Of a stretch of 64,000 nucleotides of DNA, positions 43,965 through 56,788 are shown piece after piece. The stretch comes from Macrostomum lignano (Eukaryota). Location: contig NIVC01000692.1 of assembly GCA_002269645.1 (NCBI GenBank), positions 62,001-126,000 of the forward strand, read 5' to 3'. The position numbers and the translations under genes were made by a program. Numbering within the stretch: position 1 is the first letter of the stretch; each line of letters begins with the position of its first letter. Under the pieces are notes generated by a model that was not told where the DNA came from, did no database searches, and saw nothing but the letters and a program-made list of their open reading frames with translations.

Positions 43965-45330
43965 ATTATTATTATTAAACAGATGCTAGCATAGGGGTCA
44001 GTGAAGCACCTACTGATAGAAAACAGCTAAGTCTAACCTAGCTACAGACTGATGGATAAGGCCCAGAGCCTACAAGTCAGTGAAAAGGGTATCAGTTAAA
44101 ATGGTGCAGCATGCTTGGCCCCAGCGGAGTCTTCCACAAGGTGGGCTAAGTAGCAGGTTGACAAACAGGGGCCTGGTGTCCCATGTTTGGGCCTACAGGC
44201 AGTGGCCAACTAACATCTAGTATTGCCTTTGCAGGGTGTAACCCAGGGATGGCATGCAAGTCCAGGCTACTAGCTTGGTGTTGCTCATATGCTTAGGGAA
44301 CTGGATGCCCATGGCATTATGCAGTAGGTGACAATGGCAGGCCTCCAAGCTTGCCTTACAAATGGCAATCATAGAACAGCTTCCAGCCTGTAGGTTAGCA
44401 CCATTTCAATTGCCAAGTAGAATAGGGGGAGCTTTAAGCTATTGGTGGCAAGCTAGCAATAGAAGATAAAGCAGAAAAGGTTGGAGGCCTGCTATGCCAG
44501 CTGCTTGCAGTTGTTGATAATGGCATTGGGGTCAATGACTAGGATACCTAATACTTAAACTGATTGCATTTGCATAATATGATCATGATGCCATCTAATA
44601 GAAGCAGAGGTAAAGAGTTGCCAATGCCAATATGCAACACCTCTATCCTACTATAGCTGATATAAAGCCCTACATACTTCCCCTCATTAGCTAGCCAACT
44701 TACTGTCTTCTGTGCAACTTTGGGACTAGAACAAGTCAGTGGCATAACTATGGTTTCATTCGTTATATTATTTCTTGTTTCAGATTTGTTCCAGCGCACA
44801 AAGAAATGGCTGGATGACCACCAGCTCCATTTTGTGGACCCTAGGACCCAATGGTTCATACGAACACTATCGAGGGAACATGGGTACATTGCAAGGTGAA
44901 GTTTTGCAACATGTACGGGACAAGTGATGGTTGATTTGAAACTCATCTGCAGGAATTTCTGTGGCACCATCTATATCCACAGAATGTGTTTGGCAACTTT
45001 CTCTACTGGGTGTCACATTATTATCCCCTCTAATTATCTTTCTTGTGACTTCAAACTCTAATTTGAACTTTTTTGGTGGTGGGTCATCTTTTCTAAACTT
45101 CTCCGAGTATGGTTTGTCATAATCTCTAATAACTTGTCACTTTTTAAAAATAATATAATGAACAAAACCATAGTTATGCCAAGTCAGCACCAAGTTATCA
45201 GCATAAGTAAAGCAGGTCAACTTAACACAAGGAAAGCAGGAGCTAGAGCAAGACCTTGCCTGTAGTTAGCCTGCTATGGATAGGGATAGCCTTGCTTTAT
45301 AGTCATGAGTATAAAACATATAGAGCCCCT
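43965..45330 (-). mobile_element. 5'-truncated, heavily mutated non-LTR retrotransposon (RTE-like RT and C-terminus), interrupted by a Merlin element
   Basis: After removing 44741-45180 the minus strand reads LTCFTYADNLVLTCSSPKVAQKTVSWLANEGKYVGLYISYSRIEVLHIG..CNQFKY/LGILV..LA*QA..KLPLFYLAIEMVLTYRLEA..HLLHNAMGIQFPKHMSNTKL..MLVGHCL..RLRWGQ..DL*ALGL. YADN at 45205-45194 is a decayed YADD. (TAA)4 tail at 43976-43965. Confidence 0.85.
44741..45180 (+). mobile_element. Non-autonomous Merlin (IS1016/ISXO2-like) DNA transposon, 440 bp
   Basis: 33-bp TIRs starting GG (44741-44773 / 45148-45180; 30/33 identical). 8-bp TSD aagtcagt/aagtcagc. Transposase C-terminal remnant HQLHFVDP/..VHTNTIEGTW..YGTS..HLQEFLW..FGNFLYWVSHYYPL* (44857-45033). 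Confidence 0.88.
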
Positions 45331-47782
45331 AATGGAATGAATAATATACATGTATGATTCTATGATTTATCATAAGTGTCTCTATATTTTGGTTTAAGCC
45401 CTAATGCATGCACAGAGCATGATCAGCAATATGGTCAATAACTATTTTAGTGTACTAGGCTCAGACTAGAGTCTTAGTCTACTTAAAATAATATGGCCTA
45501 CATGTACATATTATCTGCTTTGACTTTGTTTTAAGTAACTAATAAGAAACTTTAATTAAAAAATCTAAGATTAGGAACTTATAGGAAATTAGGAAAATTA
45601 GGAAATCACTATTCATTTATAAATAAGTTCATTATCTTATCACTATATATCAAATTGATTCAAATATAATGACAGCGACATATATCTGAGGTACATCTTC
45701 AGATCAGACATATTTCTTTTTGTTTTGATATGTGTCTGATATGCGCATTAATACTGACGTCGTATTCAATAATTTGTGGCAGAAGAAATGATAAGATCGT
45801 ATTTTTGCAGAGAGAGTGGTGGACTGGCAGACGAACTGGTTAGCAGACGAAATGCAAGGACTACTCGAGTAAAGCTTCCAAGGCTGTTCATCCTGCTCCT
45901 TCATCAGTCGAAAGTTCTTCGAAAACTGAAAACTGAAATTTGGACTGCGAAAAAACAAAACCTATGGTTGTATAATTGTAAATTTTCTGTCTAGTTTCGA
46001 GGCAGATTAGCCTCATATGACGATTTTTTCTCTTGAGAACCAGACTATGACAGAGCACTTTTAAAAAATCTTGTTTAAGATTCATTATGACAATATAGTT
46101 GACACTTGGCAGCTCGATCAATACTTGAATATTACATAAAACGACTCAAGGCCCTACCTAGTAACACACTTCGTCGCGGCAACGTCGCTGTTCTGTTTTG
46201 TTTTGTTCTGTTGTTCTGTTTTTGATTTAAGACCACTGTAGCTAGTACGATAGGACGTAAAGCTGAAAATATCATTTTTTATCATACAATTCCTGGAAAT
46301 TGTACTACAGTGGTTTTTCATTAAAGGCAGAGTCCGGATCAAGGACCACTGTAACGTATATTATACAGTGCTCATTGGTCCGGATGTGTCCACCCTTACA
46401 ACACTTTAAACGAAATTATCACACAACCGGCAAGAGGCATTACTGCATGCTCATCAATTCCTCCAACTCCCGAGCAGGCACACATGCGCGCAGTTACGCA
46501 CACCAGTCATACGCACACACCTCGCACTGCAGGAGTGTACTAGCTGCGGTTCTTACTTTTAGGCATATTTACGCTTCACTGTGCCTTGGGGGGTTGTCCC
46601 TAAAAAATCTTAACTGTCAACAGACCCAAGCCGAGATTCGGTCCAATTTATCTCAAAATTAATGTGATTGCACTTGGAATCGAGACTGTGGGCCGCTCGC
46701 ACATATAAAGAGCGCCGTATAGTACTATAGACCTACTACATGTAGTAGTACTAGGCTGCGGCCCCCACAGAGTAGAGATAATCAAAACTCTGGAAGAATT
46801 TTATTGAGCACGCTTCAAATCAGGTGTGGTCGTATACATTTATAGACTTCTGGGTTTAATCAGTGCCAATTTTTCCTCAAAAAACTGCTGAAACAGGTGA
46901 AAATCACTACTGATCCATTTAGCCAGGTCACGACAGGGTTGCAGAGGTAGCAGCTCTCGCAACCCCGCTGACAATCGTTTACAATTTCAAAGTACTATAG
47001 CTATAATGCCCATGCATGCATTTCTTCTTACGCTCATGTCTGATAAATAACTGACATTCTGTTTACTAAAGAACGGCCGAAGATTTAAATTTTACTGTAC
47101 ATTTAAGTAAGAAAAGAAATAAAAAAACATTCCGTGCGCTATCTGTAACTGCATGACTTCGCGCTTTATTTTAAACAGAAAACTATCCGCATTACATACA
47201 TGTAACATTGTACGAGCGTACATGTACAATAAAGCTCTGAACACGTGCACTTACGAGCCAGACACAGTACACGTAGCATACAGATCGACGCATAGTCAGT
47301 ATTATTTTCCAAAGTACGCATACCGCTATGTCATTTAAATACCGTCTATTAACGTCAGTATATAGACAAGATACAGTGTTAGTTATCAATTATAATTTCA
47401 TTTATTGGCCTAACTCAAATTTGCAATTAAAGAGACATACGACATGTAGGAGTGCGCGTACATTGAGAGAGATTGATGAAGTCTCTATGTATTTGTTCAA
47501 ACGCTCATAAAAATACAAAAAGTCTAGCTTATATTAATCAATAAGTGAGCATCTCGTCAAGCTACTTCAAGTATCTCTGTTTCATTTGTGGCAATCCATT
47601 TACAACTCACTTATGCTTTTTGTGATTGAATGACAAAAAACAAATAAAAAACCAAACATGTGCACACATTATACTTTACTGTCTGCAAAAAACAGGATTT
47701 AAAAAATCCCACTACTTCATCGATTTCATGCCCCTCCTGCTGTAAGTAGAATATTCGCGCGCGTGAAATTAAACTGTCTTAG

Positions 47783-50700
47783 TTAAATTTCTTCGTCCTC
47801 CGGTTCGGCCAGTTGAATCGGCGCCGACTTTGGCCGCACCAGACGGAACTTGTCTTCGGCTTCAGCAGCCACCACCATCTCGGCATCCGCAGCCATGGTC
47901 GCTGCAGCTCTCTGCGAAGAGCTCTCGCCCTTCAGAGTAGACGTGGGTGATGGATCGAAGGCCAGGGACCGGGAGGCCACCAAGTGGCCGTGACCGGCTG
48001 CTCGACGCTGCTGGAGAAGGCGTCGCATCCTGAAGGCGGTTGGGCCGCTGCCAGACTCGCCTTCGGCCTCGGCGGCAGCCATCAAATCAAAGTTACGCGC
48101 CGCTCGCCGTATCCGTCGTGCCTTGCTGATTAGGCGGAAGCGGGTGGAGTAGATAACCCACAGCCGGTAGGTGAGCAGGCTACACACGAGGGAATTCTTC
48201 AGCGTGAAGAACACATTCGTATAGCTGGTGGTGTTGTAGTTAAACATCATGTAGAGACGGATGATCAGGTAGGGCAGGTCCTGCAGCATCATGGACATCA
48301 CTATACCAAGAACGTCGGGTGTGCACACGCAGTAGGCCTGATCAGGATCCGTGGCGGCCACAGCGGCTGCGGCCTCTGCCGAGGCGGACAGTGGCTTATC
48401 CGGCTGGCGCTGCTTGGTAGCCCGCTGCGCCGTCACCACCAGCACGAACTGCAACAGCGACCAAGTCCAGATGCTGAGGATCAGCTTGATGAGGTTGCGA
48501 TCCCGCTTCACGGCTTCCTCTTTGAAAGCCTCGAAGAATTCGACAATATCGGCTGCGGTGCCGATGTAGACCAGCAGAAGCTGAGACAGCTGATCGTGCG
48601 TCAGTTTGCCCTTGGGCAGCATCCAGCGGCCCAAGATCAGCAGTAGAAGCAGCAGTTGCTCAAGACGCCGGATTGTTTGCTCAAAGTTCTGCGTCTCCAG
48701 GAAATCCAGCTCGTGTGGTGTATTCTTCTAAGCGGTGAAACATAGAGATAGGCAAATTATAACTTGCAAGTAAAATCATAAAACGTGGCTCATCGGCCGC
48801 ACTGTATCTGAAACAGCTAGTTCAATGAAACTCACTATCACTGACACATTGCCCATTCGCTTGGCTTGACACACCATATCGTCCGTAGTCTTGTAAGTGT
48901 TGTTGCACTCGATTCGCCACTCGACCAGTTCCAATTCCAGGAACCAGGTGGCCGGCACAGTGATCAGCAAGTAAAAAAATGCGGACGGACAAAACCTGTA
49001 AAATTATTGCAGTTGATGTTTTTCACAGGATTTGAGGGCAATAAGAACCCATCACGGGAGCCTTCTTCATCTCTTCGAGGTGCATAGTAGCTGGTACCTC
49101 GTCGCAGCTCTGAATGCGACTGAGCCAAGCAAGTAGTGCCAGAAATGCAACTCCACTTCATTAGGATGAGCCGGAATTAAACATACCTTTGATTTGAATC
49201 ACAGTCTTCTTTTATTTTCGTCTACTTTTCACTTACCCCAGTAGAGTAGATTATTATTTCCGATACATACTGGAGATTGACCCTTCCTGGCTTCATTTAC
49301 TGTAAACGTACCTACCCAGTTATGCATTAAGGACTTGAGAACCCCTAGGGACACGTGTTTGCGCTGTTGGCTCCTAACTGGAATGCAGAACAAAGCTGAA
49401 TTTATAATTTATACATGTACTTTTCTTCTCTGGTTTTGCAATCATTTTCTCCATTTTAAAACTGTTTACTAAATTTATTTGTTTATTTATGGCGTAATAA
49501 ATAAATATACAGACCAGTAAGATTATTGATTGACAAATTAAAGCAACTCATCATTGTAGTTTCAGTTCGTATGTCTCTCCCATTACTATGGCTCTATGCT
49601 GACAATCGGATATAATCGAATTACCATCCTTGCAGTGTCAGACAGACGATTGTCATCAAAATGGCACGCTGCACTCACGCACGCGTTGCTTCCTGCCAAA
49701 AACGATGTCTCCCGAAACATGCATGCTGCACCACGTCACAATAGGTAAACCGGGGCATCTGTGATGGTTGAGCTAACGAATATCGTTTTGGCAGCGACTG
49801 AACTCAGTCGACTATGGACTCTGTAGCTAAGCCAGACACAATAGACCTCAAGTTGGCTTTATAGATAGGGGTCATTGTTTATGCCTTGCGGTCTGACATC
49901 GGCAATAGCCCTCAACTCCGTGAAGGGAAGGGTATAAAAGATACATTAGAACTCCACTGAGATAATCTCGGCAGCCGGAGCGGCGCACCAGCTTGGGAAT
50001 TAGATTGGTTCCGGAGGGCGGAATTGTGGATGGAGGGCGGCCTCGCGGCGGCTGCAGGTCAATTAGCCGCTTTGTGGCGACTCCGGATTGAGGCAGCACA
50101 TTTAGGCTCCTCTCTGGCTCCTAGTGTGTGTGCTGCTCCCTGTGGCAATATCCCATCTGCGATATCCCTGCGTCCCCGGCTCGAGAGCCCCAGAGCGGGA
50201 TCAAACAGCGATCGATCAGCCGCCAAATGAAGCGAGCAAAGCCGGTTTTCTATATAGATTTTTTGGTAGCGCAGTCGGCAGACCAGGGCTTCAATATCGC
50301 ATTGTTGCAGGAAGCTGAGAACAATTAATGACGCTCTCAAGAACTCTGCGGTTAGGGGCATTGGGAAAGATTGAAAGATTGGGATTTAGCTCTTGCCAGT
50401 CGTCCCTGCCCAACCTCCAAATAGTCCAGATTTGCCTCCAACTGGGCAGCTTGTACGAGCCACTACAGTACACAAATACTCTTCAGTCAGTTCAGTGATC
50501 TTTCTGCGAACGGCCATTAATACAAACAGGCAGTGCGTGCACAAAAATTAGCTGTTTTAGCTCGGTTGTGTTCAGATTTACCGGGATATTTTCCCAACCC
50601 TGTGGAAATTACAAATTCGATTTTATATTGATTTTCTTAGATATGAGATGAGACTTTTGAGATGAGGAAATGACACTTCATGAAACTAGACGCCAGCATC

Positions 50701-50937
50701 CTAAATGGTAAACAGCATTCTACTCTCCATGCTTCAGGTGACTCACCACTTCCACTCTCGACCTCGATTGGCCCCAAAGGTGACGATGGACTCCAGCAGC
50801 AGACCGGCCACTGAGGCGGCCAGGTACCAGTACTGCGGCTTGCGGGTCTGCCGGTGAAGGTAGGCTATGGTCACAATGCCGTGGGTGGCGAACAGGGCGC
50901 GAACAAGCAGCGCTCGGACAGTTGTGAACCAGCCCAT
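47783..50937 (-). CDS. TMEM26: Transmembrane protein 26 family, 3 exons, ~431 aa
   Basis: Exons 50937-50747, 48995-48836, 48727-47783 are phase-consistent (1296 nt). Motifs RALFATHG, EWKW|FCPSAFFYL..VPATWFLELE, EQLLLLLLILGRWMLPKG..DQLSQLLLVYIGTAADIVEFF, QDLPYLIIRL, FFTLKN. Confidence 0.9.
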
Positions 50938-53443
50938 TTCGTCAGAGTCTAGCTTCGGGCTCGGAAGCGTCAGTTACGAAGCTGAATGCGCGGAAGCTTC
51001 CAATTGAGTTCTCCAGCATCATGATGTATTGGATTTGGCGGCTATGCTTAGCCTTAAAACTGTATTGTCGAGGTTCAGCCAATGACAGGCGTCTAGAGAG
51101 GGGAGAATTATATTGGGCCTCTTCAATTCCCCTGCTGCAAAGTTACTTCGATTGAAGCTGCAGCCAGTAGATAAGTGCATACTGCATTTCTGTGCTGCAC
51201 TTTCTATGTAGATTTCAAACCGCAATGCTGCATTAAAACTACATGTATTCCACGTCCACGGTAGGTCGGATCAAAACTACGAGTATGTCTTACAAAAACA
51301 CTCTGTAAAGGCTGACTACTCCTCATTTCTGGAATCAAAACGTTTTGTCAGGTTTACTTTGCAATAACAGTGTGCATCTGAGATAGACAAACCAAATTTA
51401 CGACCGTAGAATCGTATTTCTGCATGCAAGTCTGAGACTGCATGCAGTGCAGGTGCACACCAACTCTGCGCAAAGACCAGGAGAAGTTAAGTCGTTCATC
51501 TAGAAGCCATGGTTACTTCACAGGTTTTTTAGCGGGACTCTCGCCGATTACACGTCTCAGGTCAATTGCAATCCGTTCCACGCGTGCACTGCAGCATCGA
51601 AGCAAGCGGAATCATTTGCTACTGGGGGTTCTGACATGCCAGTACTTCCCAAAGCTTTCCCAATAAAGCGACAGTAGAATAATTAGTAAGTCGAAATCCC
51701 TCTTAGTTCCTTTAGTTCCTCTCCAGACGACTGAGCCCATAAAGGCTAGCATTCAATACAATGCACCTAGTAGTGCTTAGAAGCGCCATACAATAATATT
51801 GCGTCGCTTCCAAGTCGCAGGAAGTGGCTTCCAGTATGCCGGATGCGCCATCTACTTGTACACAGCTATTCCTGGCTCTGGAGTGGGAACCTGCAGCTCT
51901 GACAATAGGGAGAAGGGCTGGTTGGCTAAACTGCGCAGTTTTAAATCGCTGAACAGAGGATCAGATCCTCTTCTGTAGACTGCATTTAGCGGGTTTAGTT
52001 CAAGAATGAATATTCAAGTTCAAGCTGTTCGGTATCTTATTCGCTGAAGCAAGTAATTGAAAGTTGTTTGGAACAGGTCTTCTCTACCATCTGCGTAGCG
52101 CGAATACGAGCGTAGAAAGCACAGTTTTTTATTGTTGAATAGGATGCTGCCATAAAAGCACTACGTAACTACGCGTATCTATTTGTTTGCATACAAAATA
52201 ATGAACCAACTTGGATTACTCGTCTTTGTTGTTGCTAAACGTGGGTGGGAAGCTGGGCTACCCGCGGATCAGCCCGGAGAGGGGCTCTGCCGCTAAGGGG
52301 CACTACCAGGGGCGTATTAGCCCGAGATACCCCGGGTTGGGCCCTGACGTCTGGGCCAGGGGAAAGTAGCTACTAACCCAAGCCTATGGACTAAGACACC
52401 GCCAACCCAAAAGTGAAATCAGGGACGGTGCTAGGACCGAGTCCACCCAAGACACCACCCAGCAGACAAATCCCGGGAGTGCGCGAAAAAAGAATTGGAA
52501 AAACTGTTTGGGATACTACCGACAAGCGGTCCGAGAGCGGGGAGACCCAAGAAGTCTCGGAAATGGCTTATTTTGGAGTGAGTCTCGGCAGATTATTTAC
52601 CAAGGGCGAGTCTCCTATCAGGAGGCGGATTAGAGCTAGGATGGAATAGCGGAACCTCCTATAGTGCTGCGAGCCTCAAGGCTTTTTCACTACCCAGCTC
52701 AAAGATTGGAGGCCAGGCCAAAGGGTCGGGAAGGGGCACAAGGAGCAAGAGGACCCGGACTCAGCCGTATCCCCGATTCGGGACGAACATCAACTCCAGG
52801 ACTCCAGTCCACTGTCAGGAGGAGAACGGAGACACAAGGGCAGGGAGACAACCAGAGGAGCCAGCAGATGGACCAAGGACAGAGCAAGATGGACCGGGCA
52901 GGGAGGGCAGAGCTCATAACTCCGGAAATTTGGGGCGGCAATCTAAGGCCTTACATTAAGATAAAAACACAAAGTTTAAAACACAAAGGGGGATAAAAGC
53001 ATAGGGAGGAGCACCTGAACCCTAAACCCGCGGCTCAGCCTCAGGGCTGGCATCAACTGGGCTCTACCGTACACCTTTGTGAATGGTCATTCTTTCCTGC
53101 AGGGCGGGTGCGACCGGGGGGCTCAAGTCCCGTTCTAGCCACACTGCAGTCCAGAGTACGCACTCACTCCAGGTACACCCCCCTAAACCAAGGCCGAGGG
53201 CCGAAAAACTAATTGGAATACACGAAATAAGAAGGGCTATTTTTAGCTGTGTACATCACCTCCGGTGGGGACACTTTTGGATTGGGCTAGCGAGAGCGCA
53301 CAACCCGAGAAATGCCGCCAGAGAGGCAGCCAGGGTAAAAACAGTCAGAGACCGTCTTTACTACTGACAGTAGCCAAGTATACAGCGAAATCTTTAAACT
53401 CGTAAATAGGGGGAGGGTTGAATTTAGGGAGTGTACATGAACA

Positions 53444-53726
53444 GCTGCACTAGAAGGACGCCTTACTCGATTTTCTTAGAAATTTTCTGGAGGCCGGTAC
53501 GGTAAGGAACGCTTATTTGTCGCACGGCTAGTAGTGAATTCAGTGTGCTCTAGAGACCGCATAACGCTGAGTGGCGTTTTGCCATAGACAAATTCGGTCG
53601 AGAAAGACCGAGAAAATAATAAACTAAATGCACTACATTTGTGCACTACACGGTACACTAGACATATGTAGCGATACGACAAGCTCATTTCTAAGAAGAC
53701 CGAGTGCAGCGTCCTTCGATTGCAGC
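53444..53726. mobile_element. Probable MITE (~283 bp) with imperfect ~40-bp terminal inverted repeats
   Basis: Left gctgcactagaaggacgccttactcgattttcttagaaat vs right reverse complement gctgcaatcgaaggacgctgcactcggtcttcttagaaat. No clear TSD found. Confidence 0.55.
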
Positions 53727-54079
53727 CAGTTACTTGTCGATGGGGAGTCTAGCTGAGCCTTACTGCCCTTGGAAAGCAATGATGATGAGTGGATTTTTAT
53801 TTTTGAGTAGTTTTCTGTTACTTAAAGGTTTATATGGTCTATACGGTATTTAATTTCCAGGTTAATTGGGGTTATTAAACCGTTTGCTATATTTCCGCTT
53901 GTGCCTACTTTTAGTAATTCCGTTGCTTTTATTTAAAGATAGTCTTGGTGCCAAAAATAGACAGATGAGAAACAGCAGGGCTTCAGCAGTTATTCTGAAT
54001 TAGTTATAGGCGATTGAATTAACTGGTTAATATTTATGTTAACCGAACAGAAATAAGTGTGCAAATTTATTTTAATTTC

Positions 54080-54462
54080 AATCAGATTCCAGTCAGATTC
54101 CAGTCAGTCTCCAGTCAGATTCCAGTCAGATTCTAGTCAGTCTCCAGTCAGATTCCAGTCAGTCTCCAGTCAGTCTCCAGTTAGATTCCAGTCAATCCCC
54201 AGTCAGATTCTAGTCAGTCTCCAGTCAGATTCCAGTCAGTCTCCAGTCAGTCTCCAGTTAGATTCCAGTCAATCCCCAGTCAGATTCCAGTCAGTCTCCA
54301 ATCAGATTCCAGTTCTCCAGTCAGATTCCAGTCAGATTCCAGTCAGTCTCCAGTCAGATTCCAGTCAGTCTCCAGTCAGATTCCAGTCAGTCTCCAGTCA
54401 GATTCCAGTCAATCCCCAATCAGATTCCAGTCAATCCCCAGTCAGATTTCAGTACGTATTCA
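54080..54462. repeat. 11-bp minisatellite (cagtcagattc / cagtcagtctc)n
   Basis: Direct reading. Confidence 0.9.
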
Positions 54463-55119
54463 GTCAGACAGAGGTCAAAGGTCGAAGACAAAAAGAATGT
54501 AAGCCTCGCATGCAAGTGTTGAAGATGAGGTGCAGCTCCTTTTCCTAACCTTCTCCTGTCACTGAGAAATCTGGGGTCAACTTGCGTGGGGGGGGTGAAG
54601 TGCACGCAAACACCTCTTGGGCTTTGTCATCCCGAATTTGAAAGAGATGGAGTCCGGGTGCTTTGATTTTGTGTTGTTTTCGATTACCTAATCTGGAGCG
54701 GTGAACTGGGTGAAGGGGGCTCTCAACGCGTGGGCCGCGAGCTGCTCAATAAATAGCTGAACATCTGCACAGTTCAAGTGCTCAATAGGCTGAAAGAGAT
54801 TGCGGATTGAATGGAGCGGAGCAGCTAAAAATCTATTTTTAAACAATTGGTACTTCAGGCCTGGTTGATTTTCGCGTGCTAAAGAGGACGCAGGGAATTC
54901 CCAGGAAAAAGGGGAGAATTCAGTTTTTTAATCAATCGTTAAAATTGTGAAAACTGTTTACTTAAAATCAACAATAAAAAGCAAAATAACTGCTCCGCTG
55001 TACAATCCAGATCGTGCCAGGCAGAGTCCCTGGCTTAGTATCAATATATTGCAAAAATTGTCTTCTTCTTACATCTACGTTTTCTTTCCTAATTGGCTCT
55101 TGCAGTGACTTTGGTGCCA

Positions 55120-56788
55120 ACTCAAATCAAATGGCTCCCGTTTCAAATCAAATGGCGCTCACTCAAATCAAATGGCGCTCACTAAAATCAAATGGCGCTC
55201 ACTGAAATCAAATGGCGCTTACTGAAATCAATTGGCGCCCACTCAAATCAAATGGCGCTTACTGAAATCAAATGGCGCCCACTGAAATCAAATGGCGCTC
55301 ACTCATCAAATGGCGCCAACTCAAATCAAATGGCACCCGTTTCAAATCAAATGACGCTCACTCAAATCAAATGGCACCCGTTTCAAATCAAATGACGCTC
55401 ACTCAAATCAAATGGCACCCGTTTCAAATCAAATGGCGCCCACTCAAATCAAATGGCGCTCACTAAAATCAAATGGCGCCCACTCAAATCAAATGGCGCT
55501 CACTCAAATCAAATGGCCCTCACTCAAATCAAATGGCGCCCACTCAAATCAAATGACGCTCACTCAAATCAAATGGCGCCCACTCTAATCAAATGGCACC
55601 CGTTTCAAATCAAATGGCGCTCACTCAAATCAAATGGCGCCCACTCAAATCAAATGGCGCTCACTCAAATCAAATGGCGCCCACTCAAATCAAATGGCGC
55701 TCACTCAAATCAAATGACGCTCACTCAAATCAAATGGCACCCGTTTCAAATCAAATGGCGCTCACTCAAATCAAATGGCGCTCACTAAAATCAAATGGCG
55801 CCCACTCAAATCAAATGGCGCTCACTCAAATCAAATGGCGCCCACTCAAATCAAATGGCGCTCACTCAAATCAAATGACGCTCACTCAAATCAAATGGCA
55901 CCCGTTTCAAATCAAATGGCGCTCACTCAAATCAAATGGCGCTCACTAAAATCAAATGGCGCCCACTCAAATCAAATGGCGCCCACTCAAATCAAATGAC
56001 GCTCACTCAAATCAAATGGCACCCGTTTCAAATCAAATGGCGCTCACTCAAATCAAATGGCGCTCACTAAAATCAAATGGCGCCCACTCAAATCAAATGG
56101 CGCTCACTCAAATCAAATGGCGCCCACTCAAATCAAATGGCGCTCACTCAAATCAAATGACGCTCACTCAAATCAAATGGCACCCGTTTCAAATCAAATG
56201 GCGCTCACTCAAATCAAATGGCGCTCACTAAAATCAAATGGCGCCCACTCAAATCAAATGGCGCTCACTAAAATCAAATGGCGCCCACTCAAATCAAATG
56301 GCGCCAACTCAAATCAAATGGCACCCGTTTCAAATCAAATGACGCTCACTCAAATCAAATGGCACCCGTTTCAAATCAAATGGCGCTCAGTCAAATTAAA
56401 TGGCACCCACTCAAATCAAATGACGCTCACTCAAATCAAATGGCACCCGTTTCAAATCAAATGGCGCCCACTCAAATCAAATGGCGCCAACTCAAATCAA
56501 ATGGCGCCCACTCAAATCAAATGGCGCCCACTCAAATCAAATGGCACCCGTTTCAAATCAAATGGCGCCCACTCAAATCAAATGGCGCTCACTCAAATCA
56601 AATGGCGCCCACTCAAATCAAATGGCGCTCACTCAAATCAAATGGCGCCCACTCAAATCAAATGGCGCTCACTCAAATCAAATGGCGCCTACTCAAATCA
56701 AATGGCGCTCACTCAAATCAAATGGCGCCCACTCAAATCAAATGGCGCCCACTCAAATCAAATGGCGCCCACTCAAATCAAATGGCGC
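55120..56788. repeat. 20/21-bp minisatellite (tcaaatcaaatggcgc[c/t]cac; variant tcaaatcaaatggcacccgtt), ~83 copies
   Basis: Direct reading. Confidence 0.95.

Noticed and set aside
44548-44970. 140-aa minus-strand ORF as an independent gene
   Set aside because: A chimera of antisense Merlin sequence and an in-frame piece of the decayed LINE RT.
53010-53185. ccctaaa words as telomeric or Penelope-like signatures
   Set aside because: Isolated words, not arrays, and no GIY-YIG/RT or ribozyme evidence.
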